Below, one piece after another: positions 1-10,249 of a stretch of 64,000 nt of DNA. The stretch is from Anthoceros angustus. Its lineage: Eukaryota; Plantae; Anthocerotophyta. The notes below the pieces were generated by a model. The model was not told the origin of the DNA and searched no databases. It saw only the letters and a list, made by a program, of their open reading frames with translations. The stretch spans positions 372,001 to 436,000 of the forward strand of contig VJWM01000186.1 of assembly GCA_010909165.1 (NCBI GenBank). Reading direction: 5' to 3'. The translations under genes and the position numbers were made by a program. Each line of letters begins with the position of its first letter. The stretch's first letter is position 1.

Positions 1-95
1 GAACCTACTGATCTCAGCACTTTGTGTGCTTTCCTAGGGCTAGCCAATTACTATCTGGTTTACTTGTATGAATTCAGCAGGATCGCTCATCTGGA
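1..95 (+). mobile_element. Ty3/gypsy RT thumb-region remnant
   Basis: Frame 1 reads EPTDLSTLCAFLGLANYYLVYLYEFSRIAHL, resembling the gypsy P..lr.FLGLanYYrrfi..fs.ia.pL motif. Very short and degenerate. Confidence 0.5.
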
Positions 96-184
96 GCAAG
101 AATCACAAGGAGAAGACCAACCTCCTAACATCCAGCAAGGAGCTCACTTGCTCCACCAGTGAGAGGAAGAGGAGCAGCTGTATG

Positions 185-380
185 GCTTGAAACTGATTGT
201 TTCAAGCCATACAGTGTTTTGATTAGTTGGCAAACATAATCCTCCTTGCTCTTCACCTCGAAACCGGGAGGCTGCTGCATGTAAATTTTTGTGTCAAGCT
301 TTCCTTTTAGAAAGGCCGTCTTCACATCAAACATATGTAGCTCAAAATCCTTATAGGTTGACACTGCACTGATAGTTCGC
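185..380 (-). mobile_element. Ty1/copia reverse transcriptase fragment
   Basis: ORF 125..538 contains FELHMFDVKTAFLKGKLDTKIYMQQPPGF...LIKTLYGLKQS, the copia RT motifs DVKTAFL and LYGLKQ. Confidence 0.85.
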
Positions 381-1009
381 AAAGTTGTGTGACCGGTGCA
401 CGCCCGGCTGGCCGTCAGCAAAAGTAGTGCCACAGAACACCAGGCCAAAACTGTGTCATAGAAAGGTTTTGCCCTGCGTACGAACCTACCGAAGCTGATG
501 TGGCACATATTATACGTGTATTGTATGCAAGTATCCACGGCATCTTTCCGTAGCGTACACCCAAAAAAACAAAGTCACACACACGAAGCCGAGTGACCAG
601 AACGGTATTCCATACTTCAACGTTGTAATAAAACTTGAACTTGATGGTCCCAACCGGGAAAGGTATGATTCTCGGAAACCCCAGGTAATTCTTTGTGGGG
701 AAAGAAACTTTTTTGAGCACCACAAAAGTTTTTCACAAAAACCTTTCAACACCACAAAAAAATCTCACAAAAGCCTCTCAACCTACAAACCGTCTCTCCC
801 ACCGCCGCCAAAGTAGCGTCCTTGGGAACCAGTGGACTCAGTTCAAATTTTTGAAATTCCTCAATAGCATCTTCCGGTGATGCAAGCTAGGGTAACGAGT
901 AAAGGGTACGCCCAGCTCAACCTCTTACAAACCAACCATGGTCCATGGGCCTCATGTGGAAGTGATCAACCAAACTATGTGACGGTTAACCGTCCTTACT
1001 GGACTTTTA

Positions 1010-3376
1010 TTACAACTCTTCTATGTCTGTGGGCCCATATGTCCCAAGACTGTCCATCTCTGTGCCCAGAGCAAGGTGCAGGAAGAGTCGGATGGTATCA
1101 GCTAGAAACAAAGGACCTCTGCACCCAAATAGCTGAGTACAGAATGCACAAGGTAAATGTCCGGTAGTCTCAGTAATAAAGGAAGTGCAAGCTTCACACT
1201 CCAGCAACCTTCCAACCTGCCTAGGATACTCCCACTCACATTCCAGAGAATCCTGCCTGAGAGTACTTGAGGAACAAGCATGATGACAAGATTTGCGCTG
1301 CTTGACAAAAACTTCTTCCGAAGACATGCTCATCAAAACTTTGTAAGTTTCAGAAAGGTTATAGGAACTCTGTAGAGCCTGCTGATTCAGCTTCTTGTTT
1401 CCACAGGATCCCACTCCACTGAACTCCGCAGTGGGTTGTTCCCACGAAGTTCGATCATGGACCAATACATGGAGGTCATGCTCAGCTCTATGTAAGATGA
1501 AGGAGAAGAAGTCCACAAAGTTCATCCCTGTGACCAGACAGGGAGGACATACTGACGTGCGACATCACTTTCCAGGATCGTAACGGGGCAGTAAACAGAG
1601 ACTTCCTTACCAGAGTTAGCTGCAAGATTCCGCTGACATAGTTCCTCAAAATCGTCAGCAACTGAGCGAATATCTTCAATAGACAAGACAGCCGCCCTGT
1701 AGTCATCCTGAAGAAGAAGCCACTAGCAAGAAACAAGCCAACAATGTAGAAGATTGACGTATTGCTCAACCAAAGAAACCACGGCAGAAACTGGAGAATG
1801 CAATAGGTGCAGAGTGTGTGGGGCACTTACAGCCCAGTGGATGTTGCATGCATTGATCCAGTTGTGATTTACTGATATGGTGTCCTCCTGATACAACATC
1901 ATCATAAGTTGCAAGGCTCCAACAAAATGCCCAGACACTGCAACAGTAACAGTGCTACACTCCAGCCACCAAGATCTTATACTCTACTTTGATGTTTCTT
2001 GAAATTAAACAAATGGTATAAAAATCAGATGGCACAAAAAGACCTTACCAGATTGATAACCTGGTGGTACCAACCACTTGGGACAAAGAGGATGTCACCA
2101 GCCCTTTGATCACACTCGATCCAGCGGGTCTACTTGTGCAGACAAGACGTTAATGGTCAACTGCAACAAAGGAAAAAACATGCACAACGCAACAATTGTT
2201 GACAACAGCTGAAATACCTGTAAAAAGCCTGGAAATTTACTTTCTGACACATCACTGTAAATGTCATACACCGTATGACAATGGTGTCTGTGGACTACCA
2301 TGGTTAGATCAACAATTGTGAACCTTGGCAATTACAACACCTCAAGCATAAGTTTACTTGATGTGATGTAAATACATAAACCTGTCAAACAGAAGATGTG
2401 TTTGCTCTGGCGGAAGCAGATGCCACTGCTTTCTTCCGCAAATGTTTGCTGACCAGCTATATGACCGGAGCACATCAGCATGTAGCGGAGTCCATGTGCC
2501 TGCAGCTCGGACAAGTCAGTTCCTGTTCATGCAGGCAAGAAATCTTCATAGTCACAATTACCTTTGGGTCCCATGTACACAAATCGATAGTCTGAGGAGT
2601 CTCCTGCCTCAGAGCCACTAAGCTGCTGCTTGTCATAATAGCGGTTCAGCCAGTCATCTCTGAAGAATTTGGGAGTTCTATAAGCACAGTATTGCGGATA
2701 TTCCTACAAAAGAGATAATTTCTGTCAAAGATATCTGGGACCCATGTACACAAAAGGGTCACACAGAACCAAAGACCTTTACTTCAGGGCAGTGTAGTAA
2801 AACACCTCCACCGTCTATCTAGGCCCCACCTTCTGGTCTCCACACCACCTATCGACCGAGAGCTATCGATTGGCCACCTCATACCTTTACAAAGTGCCAG
2901 TCCTTCAGATATAGCAGTCCATTGAAGCTCCCCTGCTCAGAGCCCATATGAAGATTTTGCCAATAAGTCATGAAGGCTCGAACACTCATCTTCAACCTTT
3001 TCTGATCTGAATATTCCTGAGTCCCACATTCAGCCACCTATACTATCTCCAATTAGTCGTGCCGCTAAGATTTATCAGTTTCTCGACCACAAATTACGAG
3101 ATGTTCAATCAGCAAACTGTACCAAGAGAGAAAAATCACTACCTGCACCACGGACCCGCCAAACCGTTCAGAAATTTGCGACAGATCAGGACCACCTGCC
3201 TCCCCGACCCATTCAGAACATGCCCTCCAAGCCGGAGTCAACCCTGTCAGTAGCACAGGTACATTTCTTTTCATGTACTTCCTCCAGAAATTTTCATAGC
3301 TCAGCTCCCGGCCATTTACACGAGGGACGGTCTCAACCACTTCAAGATGATGTCTTGCACCTTGTGACGTGCCCAT
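1010..3376 (-). CDS. JMJ20: JmjC-domain 2-oxoglutarate/Fe(II) oxygenase, JMJD4 / Arabidopsis JMJ20-like, 9 exons, ~494 aa
   Basis: Exons reconstructed by hand, all introns GT-AG with consistent phase: 3376-3143, 3037-2885, 2703-2562, 2499-2382, 2287-2218, 2129-2049, 1887-1831, 1722-1611, 1527-1010. Peptides: VPRVNGRELSY, VAECGTQEYSDQKR, LYLKDWHFVK, EYPQY...DDWLN, DYRFVYMGPKG, TWTPLHADVLRSYSWSANICGRK (HxD iron motif), FVPSGWYHQVINL (distal His), EDTISVNHNWIN, LCQRNLAANSGMNF. The last exon could hide another intron. Confidence 0.92.
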
Positions 3377-3625
3377 AAGAGCTTCTTAGAATCTCGGGTC
3401 GGCAGTGAGTTGCATCAGGTTCTTGTCCCAGGTAACATACGCAGCAGAAACCTGATGACCAGCTCGGAAGACACCCAGATCTAAGGCCAGCAACACCCTG
3501 GACCAATTGGAAAATATGCCGGGCGCACCAAGAACTGGCACTCTTTAGCACCACGGATGGCCAGTGAGGACAACCTGGCGATGCTGTTCCGGTTACGGCC
3601 GCCCAAGTTCAGAACTCCTGCCGCG

Positions 3626-3633
3626 TGCATTTA
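3626..3633 (-). promoter_or_regulatory. L1 box (TAAATGCA) in the shared JMJ20 / HD-ZIP IV upstream region
   Basis: TGCATTTA on the plus strand is TAAATGCA on the minus strand, the HD-ZIP IV binding consensus TAAATG(C/T)A. Confidence 0.55.
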
Positions 3634-4165
3634 CTGAAAGGGCAGCGGCATTGCATAGTGTGAGCCCTGTGACGTTCTACAGAATAGCTCCACAGTTCAC
3701 TTTCGAGGAGGAACCTTGCTAGCGACATGGACCATTGGCGCAGAAGATAACCCGCGCATTATTCAACCTAAGTCATCCCATCTAGGTTAGTGCATGGGAC
3801 GTAGGTGGTGGACTATACGAGGCCTCCCTCCTCTCTTGTGGGAGAAGTGGATGTGTTCCCTTACCATTCGTCTGAATGTTCAAGAGTTCGGGCCGAGACA
3901 TAATGGTGTCGCCGACCAGTTTTTGCTCAGTGTGTGGGAAGAGAGAGCATTTGTATTTTCTCATGAAGCGTTTGACCGCCTTCCCCGTAGCCAGTTGTGT
4001 GAAGCGGTAGTAGGTTCAGCGCACCACTTTAAAAATCGGTGGCGGATTTATGTTATTTTCTACACAGGTAAGCGCTTGCGTAGTTAAAGAGCCCTACAGT
4101 CCCGCTGCGGTCTAGGAGCCCTGCAGTCCCGTGAGTGAGGTCCGTTGAGGTTCTATGTCCTTTTG

Positions 4166-4246
4166 GGCATTGGCGTTGGCGTTGGCGTTGGCATTGGCAT
4201 TGGCGTTGGCATTGGCGTTGGCATTGGCATTGGCATTTGCGTTGGC
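4166..4246. repeat. Hexamer microsatellite (GGCRTT) x ~13.5
   Basis: Units GGCATT/GGCGTT run in tandem from 4166, with one TGCGTT variant near the end. Confidence 0.95.
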
Positions 4247-4267
4247 TAAGCCGAGCAGACAAGCTCA

Positions 4268-7200
4268 ATGGGTCCTCCAAGACTTGGGCCACCTTCGTCA
4301 CTACCACGTCCTCCGAAGAATGTGTACTCATCTTCGGGGCTGTCTCTTGCTCTGGTGGGTTTGCAGTTCTATCATTTCACTCCGTCGCGTGTGTTGGGAT
4401 ATTGCCCCTTCAGCTACGTAATGCATTTAAGCTGGGCTGCAGCCAAGCGGACCAGAGGGCCAACGGGAGGTCAGCCAAAGTGCTGAAAGTGAGCAAGCGA
4501 AGGCAAAGGAGGAAGAATATGAAAGTCGCTCAGGGAGCGACAACATGGATGGAGGCTCAGGTGACGACCAGGATATGGAGCACCCACCTCGAAAAAAGCG
4601 CTACCATCGGCATACACCTCGTCAAATCCAAGAGATGGAAAGGTAAATATCTGGCTTTCTATACAACGCAGTTGTGTTTGGCTTGTTCGACACATGGGAG
4701 TGCTTTGATAAGCTGATGCCTTTTCTGTGCAGCCTTTTTAAAGAATGCCCCCATCCCGATGACAAACAACGACAAGAACTGAGCAAGGAGCTTGGTTTGG
4801 AGCCACGTCAAGTAAAATTCTGGTTTCAAAACCGCCGCACACAGATGAAGGTTAGCTAATGATGGGGTTTCTGGTCATCAGGACATCGTAACTTCTTCCG
4901 TCCCCCGTGGTCATCAACCAATATGAGTGTGACTCTACGCCTTTTCTACTGCAGCTCACTTGGATTTTGCATGTTATGATTACAGACTCAACAGGAGCGG
5001 GCTGAAAATTCTGTACTGAGATCAGAAAATGAGAAGTTGCGGTCAGAGAATGTGACTTTGCGGGATGCAATTAAGAATGCTGCTTGCCCGCATTGTGGTG
5101 GTCCCACAGCAATTGGCGAAATATCCCTTGATGAGCAACAGCTTCGCATGGAGAATGTGAGGTTGAAGGAGGAGGTAAATGCTCTTTTGCATTACTGCAT
5201 AATCAAGGGAAGTTTTATGTTGATGTGCTTTATGGGTGCAATTTTGTAAGAGAAGTTTCATACATGAGTATAATCGAGTTCATATACTGTGTGTCGTGAT
5301 ATGTACTGGTATTGCAGCTTGACCGTGTATCAACTATCGCTGCCAAGGTTCTGGGTAGGCCTGTGGCTCCACTTGTACCTCTTCAACTAGGCTCATCCTT
5401 GGAACTCGCAATGGGTGGAAACTTCGGGATTGCGTCTGGGCCATTACCTGGAAATGAATTCACACAGGGTCCTTCAGTCGCAGATGTAGCTACTCGTCCT
5501 GGTGGCCTGACTGATGTTGAGAAGCCAATGGTTGTAGAGCTTGCTGTCACTGCTATGGAAGAGCTTGTACAGGTAGCCCAAGGGGAAGAGCCGCTGTGGG
5601 TTCAGGGTACTGAAGGGACTTACAACAGAGAAACACTGAATTATGACCAATATATCCATCAGTTTCCAAGAGGAATTGGACCACGGCCATTGGGTTTGAA
5701 GATGGAGGCAACGAGGGGGACAGGAATAGTTATGATGAATGGAATCAATCTCGTGGAAACACTAATGGATGCGGTATGTTATTAAGTTTCAGACCATGGT
5801 GTTCTGAGCCGAGTATGTGGTGCGCTGCCAGTGACGGTTGTTTTGTCTTTTGATGCAGGAGCGTTGGATAGATATGTTTCCATGCATTGTATCCAGAGCA
5901 CTCACAGTTGACGTCATTGCCCATGGAGTTGCTGGCAGTTGCAATGGTGTGCTCCAGCTGGTCAGGTTTCCAGTCTCTGGGACCATGTTTTGCAAGTGCC
6001 TGAGTTTCTAATTTTTCTGATGAATGTCTGTGGCCACTATCTCAGATGTATGCTGAGCTCCAGCTCCTGTCCCCCTTAGTGCCCACTCGGGAGATATTTT
6101 TTCTGCGGTTCTGCAAGCAACATGGGGAGGGTCTCTGGGCCGTTGTGGATGTATCTGTAGACAGTTTACGAGACAATCCCCCACCATCACTTATGCGGTG
6201 TCGAAGGCGGCCATCTGGATTTCTTATTCAAGATATGCCGAATGGATGCTCCAAGGTACTTCTGAGGGCACTAGCTAATCTAGAACTTCGAGATGTCTGG
6301 CATATACCATAACTAATAACTGAGAATTTCCAACATCCCCTCCAGGTGACTGTTGTGGAGCACATGGAGTATGATGATAGGGGTGTGCACCAGATGTATA
6401 AAGCTCTAGTGGGAAGTGGAATAGCTTTTGGAGCTCAGCGCTGGCTTGCTACGCTGCAGCGGCAATGTGAGCGTTCAGCTAGCCTGTCAGCCTGCACCAT
6501 TTCATCTAGAGATCTTGGCGGTATGTTATCATCTAACCAGCCAGTGCCATTCTGTCGTAGCTCTTCTTTGTGCTACTAGAATTTGTAGTTGGACAGGACT
6601 TCAAGGGTTTTTGGGCCATGCTTATGCCTATATTCGGCTTATTACAGTCAAGCCTTTCTGAAAATCATATGCTATCTGACTCATTCTACCAATGGTGTAG
6701 GTATACCGACAAGTGGACGGCGCAGCATGTTGAAACTTGCGCAGCGCATGACAAACAACTTCTGTGCAGGTGTTGGTGCTTCTACAGTGCATACCTGGAC
6801 AACACTGTCAGGCAGTGGAGAGGATGATGTGCGTGTCATGACTCGGAAGAGTGTTGACAATCCTGGTGAGCCTCATGGTGTGGTCTTGAGTGCTGCAACA
6901 TCGTTGTGGCTTCCAATTGCTCCACAAAGGGTGTTCGAATTTCTTCGCGACGAGCGTGTGAGGAGCGAGGTATCACTTTTGCTACTCAAAAGCAGTTTGC
7001 TTACTTTAGGGACATCTGGTGGTCTTCTGAGTTTTTTTTCCTGAAGTGTGGATAGTGTAACAGCAGCAAATTTCTATTATGCCGCGTGTCTCGCGCACTG
7101 GGTTTTCTTGATGTCAAGTTAACGTGGGGACACATTAACACGATATTGCTGCATTATTATGTGTCTGTGCTGCAGTGGGATATTCTATCCAATGGTGGTG

Positions 7201-7756
7201 TAGTTGCTGAAATGGCACACATATCGAAAGGGCAGGACCCGGGGAATAGTGTCTCTTTACTTCGTGTAAATGTAGGTTCTGCTGCCAGTGTGGTCTGGGA
7301 TACGTTTTTTGCCTGCCATGATTGGTATTGTTGATGGGAACGCTCATGCAGCTCCCATATGTGCAGCCTATGAACGCAGGTCAAAGCAACATGCTTATAC
7401 TTCAGGAAAGTTGTACGGACGTATCTGGATCTCTCGTGATCTATGCCCCTGTGGATATTCCAGCTATGAATAATGTATTGCAGGGCGCTGACCCTGCCTA
7501 TGTTGCGCTCCTTCCATCTGGCTTTGCCATTCTTCCTGATGGGGCTGAGCCAAGGAGGCCATTTGGATTCCAGCATGACAGTATGCATGCGGACTGCTCG
7601 CCAACTGGAGGTTCTCTGTTGACTGTTGCTTTTCAAATTTTGGTGGGCAGTATTCCGTCGGCCAAATTACCGTTGCAGTCGGTTGCTATTGTCAACGATC
7701 TACTATCCTGCACAGTGCAGCGTATACGAGCTGCACTTCAGTGTCATGATCCTTAG
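4268..7756 (+). CDS. HDG (HD-ZIP IV): Class IV homeodomain-leucine zipper transcription factor (HD-ZLZ-START-SAD; ML1/HDG/ANL2/GL2 family), 11 exons, ~763 aa
   Basis: Exons 4268-4354, 4443-4642, 4733-4850, 4986-5174, 5318-5773, 5859-5960, 6046-6255, 6346-6520, 6701-6969, 7176-7271 and 7367-7756 total 2292 nt with phases matching. Motifs: [18 protein letters not shown]...[12 protein letters not shown] homeodomain, CPHCGGP zipper-loop, EEPLW, START (FLRFCKQ, WAVVDVS, CRRRPSG), [48 protein letters not shown]. The start codon and exon-2 acceptor are uncertain. Confidence 0.95.
4422..4429 (-). promoter_or_regulatory. L1 box (TAAATGCA) in HD-ZIP IV intron 1
   Basis: TGCATTTA at 4422-4429, inside the predicted intron 4355-4442. 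Confidence 0.45.
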
Positions 7757-7865
7757 TGGCTCCCTTCACATGCCAGAGTTGCAGGCCAGATTGAGCTCGG
7801 TGAAGCTTCCAAGTTTGAACCATGCAGCAAGTTGTGGCATGGGCCATGGAGGATGACTAGGTGAA

Positions 7866-8022
7866 AGTCAAGAACGCACCACATGCTCCTTGCGTTGTGG
7901 TAAAGTGGAAGAGAGGTCATGCACTCTAGTGTGCATGCGCACCACTTGCTGTGGGTCATGTACACTAGGGCACCGTGCATGTGCTTCACCACTTCGCAAG
8001 GGAAATGGTTCGGGCATTGACT
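7866..8022 (+). promoter_or_regulatory. Conserved HD-ZIP IV 3'UTR motif pair (AGTCAAGAACGCACC ... GGTTCGGGCATTGACT), predicted to base-pair
   Basis: Motif 1 is at 7866-7880 and motif 2 at 8007-8022. AGTCAA/TTGACT and GAAC/GTTC are complementary. This matches, from memory, the motifs described for angiosperm HD-ZIP IV mRNAs. Confidence 0.8.
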
Positions 8023-8439
8023 TTTTTGGGGGTCCATGTTTTTTGTGAGAGACCTGAATCTAGTGATTTTAGCGTTTTCTGTTGTAGATCTTCATTGTAA
8101 GGATTAAAGAGTACTTGAGAGATACTGGCTCCAAATTTGTGTGCTTTCCACCGTGATATCTTCAACTTGGATTTGGCAACTCCCACTACTATGAGGAATA
8201 AGCTGTGTATTTCCATGTAATATTCAAAATTTATTGATTAAGTGATAGTATAATATAAGATAAGCATTGCATGCTGTTATCTTTATGGTCTACGAGTCTA
8301 GCTTGTCTGTCGTTTCAATGGACTAGCATTTTGCGAAGACCTAGGTGTGATTATGCAAGGACATAGGGTTTGTGATTCTTAAACCCCAGAACGACGAATC
8401 GAAATGAGTCGTTCGTCCCCATTTGCGCCCTTCGATTTT

Positions 8440-9013
8440 TTTTGGAGTGTGTTTCAGGCCATGCCACCCTTGAGCAAACTATGCGGTGTCTTCAGTGGCC
8501 ATGGCCAGTTTTACGCTTGAAAAAACAAGCAGCTACATCGACATCTAGAAGTGATCATATGCCGATCTTCCGAGAGATACCATTCTTGTTGAGTGAATCC
8601 TCTTGGGGGATGGTGAAGTCTAGCCGTTCAGGATGGCACATTGCTATTGGTTTTCACCCCAAGCTACCGTCTGTAGGCAATTGCCAAGTCGGTGAGGGAG
8701 GAAACGGGACCAGCTTCCTGTGCAATATGCTCTGCATATCCACGCTTGTGGTGACCCTCTGCACTCCGGTTACCTCATATCCCAATGGCCGCGTGGCTTT
8801 CTGCTTGCCTTTCATGCCAATCCATCATGAACCTAGGTCCTTCCTCCTCTACCTTAGCACTCGCTCTCAGCCCTGTCATGAAGCCAGCTCGCTTTCAGCT
8901 TGCACGGCAATTGTCGTTGCACCTTCATCACCGAGGATGTCACAGAAGCGAGCATCCAAGAGGACGGCCTCGTTGCCGCCTCTGCCTCCGCCACCGATCG
9001 AGTTTGCACTTGA
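8440..9013 (-). mobile_element. Degenerate copia gag remnant
   Basis: The minus strand reads ...RFMMDWHERQAESHAAIG...HIAQEAGPV, similar to copia gag (W..k..kA.a.I....hi). It has several stops and frameshifts and follows an LTR-like segment. Confidence 0.45.
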
Positions 9014-9028
9014 GGCTGAGGCAATCCA

Positions 9029-9260
9029 GTTAGGGATGCATATGCGGAAGCGTCTTGCATCAAGCAAATGCTTTATTAACAATGAATATGTTTGGTTCAT
9101 AGGTGGGCTTATAAAGGATGGTTACGAGGGGGTGTGTCCTTTCATTAGCTTGCTAGTTAACTAACTACCAACTAGTTGAGTCTACTTTGACTAATCCACA
9201 TTGGGTCTGGTCTAGTCGACCTTAACCAACGCGGTCTGCACTATTCTAACTCTCCCTCTC
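9029..9260 (-). repeat. 3' LTR and polypurine tract of old copia C0
   Basis: On the minus strand, PPT GAGAGGGAGA (9260-9251) is followed by GTTAGAATAG..., a decayed TGTTAGAA start. It lies downstream of the C0 RNase H. Confidence 0.55.
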
Positions 9261-9476
9261 AGACACGTTGAGTTATTTGAGATCTCCGTAAAACAAAAGG
9301 AGACCACTCGTTGTCGGAGTCTTGCAATGTGCTACAGTCTTCCACTCGCTTGTCTTAACACACGTCGAACTCCCTCGCGCTGAGGCTGGCTCACCAGCGG
9401 CTCACGGAGTAGTACACCGGTTGTGGCGAGCGGCAAAGTGTATCACTTCAAGTGACGGAACAAAAGATGATAAGCC

Positions 9477-10012
9477 TCACCATATAAGTGACTTGTCTAG
9501 CATCATAAAGCTACTACAGTCTACTAGTCCAAGCCCTTCTCTGTGGAAGTAGTGTTTAAACTTCAGCAAGGATTCAGTCAGCACATCTGCTGTGTTGTCA
9601 TCTGTTGATACATACTGTACCTTTACTATCCCCCTTTCTGCAGCATCACGAATATAGTGATGTTGAATCTCTACGTGTTTCGTGTGTGAACACAGGGTTA
9701 GCAACTAACGCAATTGCCGACATATTATCATAGTTAAGTATTGTTGGCCCTTCCTGCGTCATACCCAGATCCTCACATAGCTTCCTTTCCCATTCAGCCT
9801 CTTTCGTGGCTTCAGTGAGAGCCTTGTACTCCGATTCTGTTGATGAAAGTAATATGGCTGCTTGTTTTCTACAAAACCAATTAACAATAGTGGAGCCAGC
9901 AAAAAAGCAATATGCTGAGATACTTTTCCGGGTGTCAGCGACCGAAGCCCAATCTGCATCCACATAACATGTAAGCAAGAGACACTTCTTTCCGCTAGGT
10001 TTGTAGCATAGG
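9477..10012 (-). mobile_element. Old copia C0, RNase H portion (left of the C1 insertion)
   Basis: CYVDADWASVADTRKSISAY, STESEYKA, YDNMSAIALVANPVF, HTKHVEIQHHYIRD, NTADVLT. Confidence 0.9.
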
Positions 10013-10190
10013 TGTAAATAATGGCAAGCATGGCTAGCTAGAGCAGTGAGCGAGAGCAAAACACTTGCACAGAAAAACTTATCAAATAAATGTGAAAGTG
10101 TAGCTTAAATACAATGAATAAATAACGGTTCATATAAAGCTAACCTAACCCTAACTTAAGTAACCAGCAAATGTGGTTATCAATTTAACA
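10013..10190 (-). repeat. C1 3' LTR (178 bp)
   Basis: TGTTAAA...TTACA termini on the minus strand; near-identical to 18021-18197. Confidence 0.9.
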
Positions 10191-10249
10191 CACCCCCTTA
10201 ACCACGTCGCTGGTTAGAATTATCCCGGCCAAGTTAAAGTTATGTGGAA

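Noticed and set aside
460-880. A/C-rich segment with short CACAAAA repeats downstream of JMJ20
   Set aside because: No TIR, TSD, hairpin terminus or credible ORF found, so it cannot be assigned.
880-2950. Plus-strand zinc-knuckle-like peptides (HMSQDCP, CRVCG) suggesting a gag remnant
   Set aside because: The region is fully explained by JMJ20-like exons and introns on the minus strand.
4053-4716. Trp/His-rich ORF 4135..4716 and Gln/Cys-repeat ORF 4053..4331
   Set aside because: These are alternative frames of the GGCRTT microsatellite overlapping the HD-ZIP IV exons.
5859-7756. Atypical residues in the HD-ZIP IV START/SAD region suggesting pseudogenisation
   Set aside because: The frame, splice sites and core motifs are intact; the differences fit ordinary paralog divergence.
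8442-9164. 240-aa plus-strand ORF
   Set aside because: No recognisable motif; it lies antisense to a copia gag/LTR remnant.
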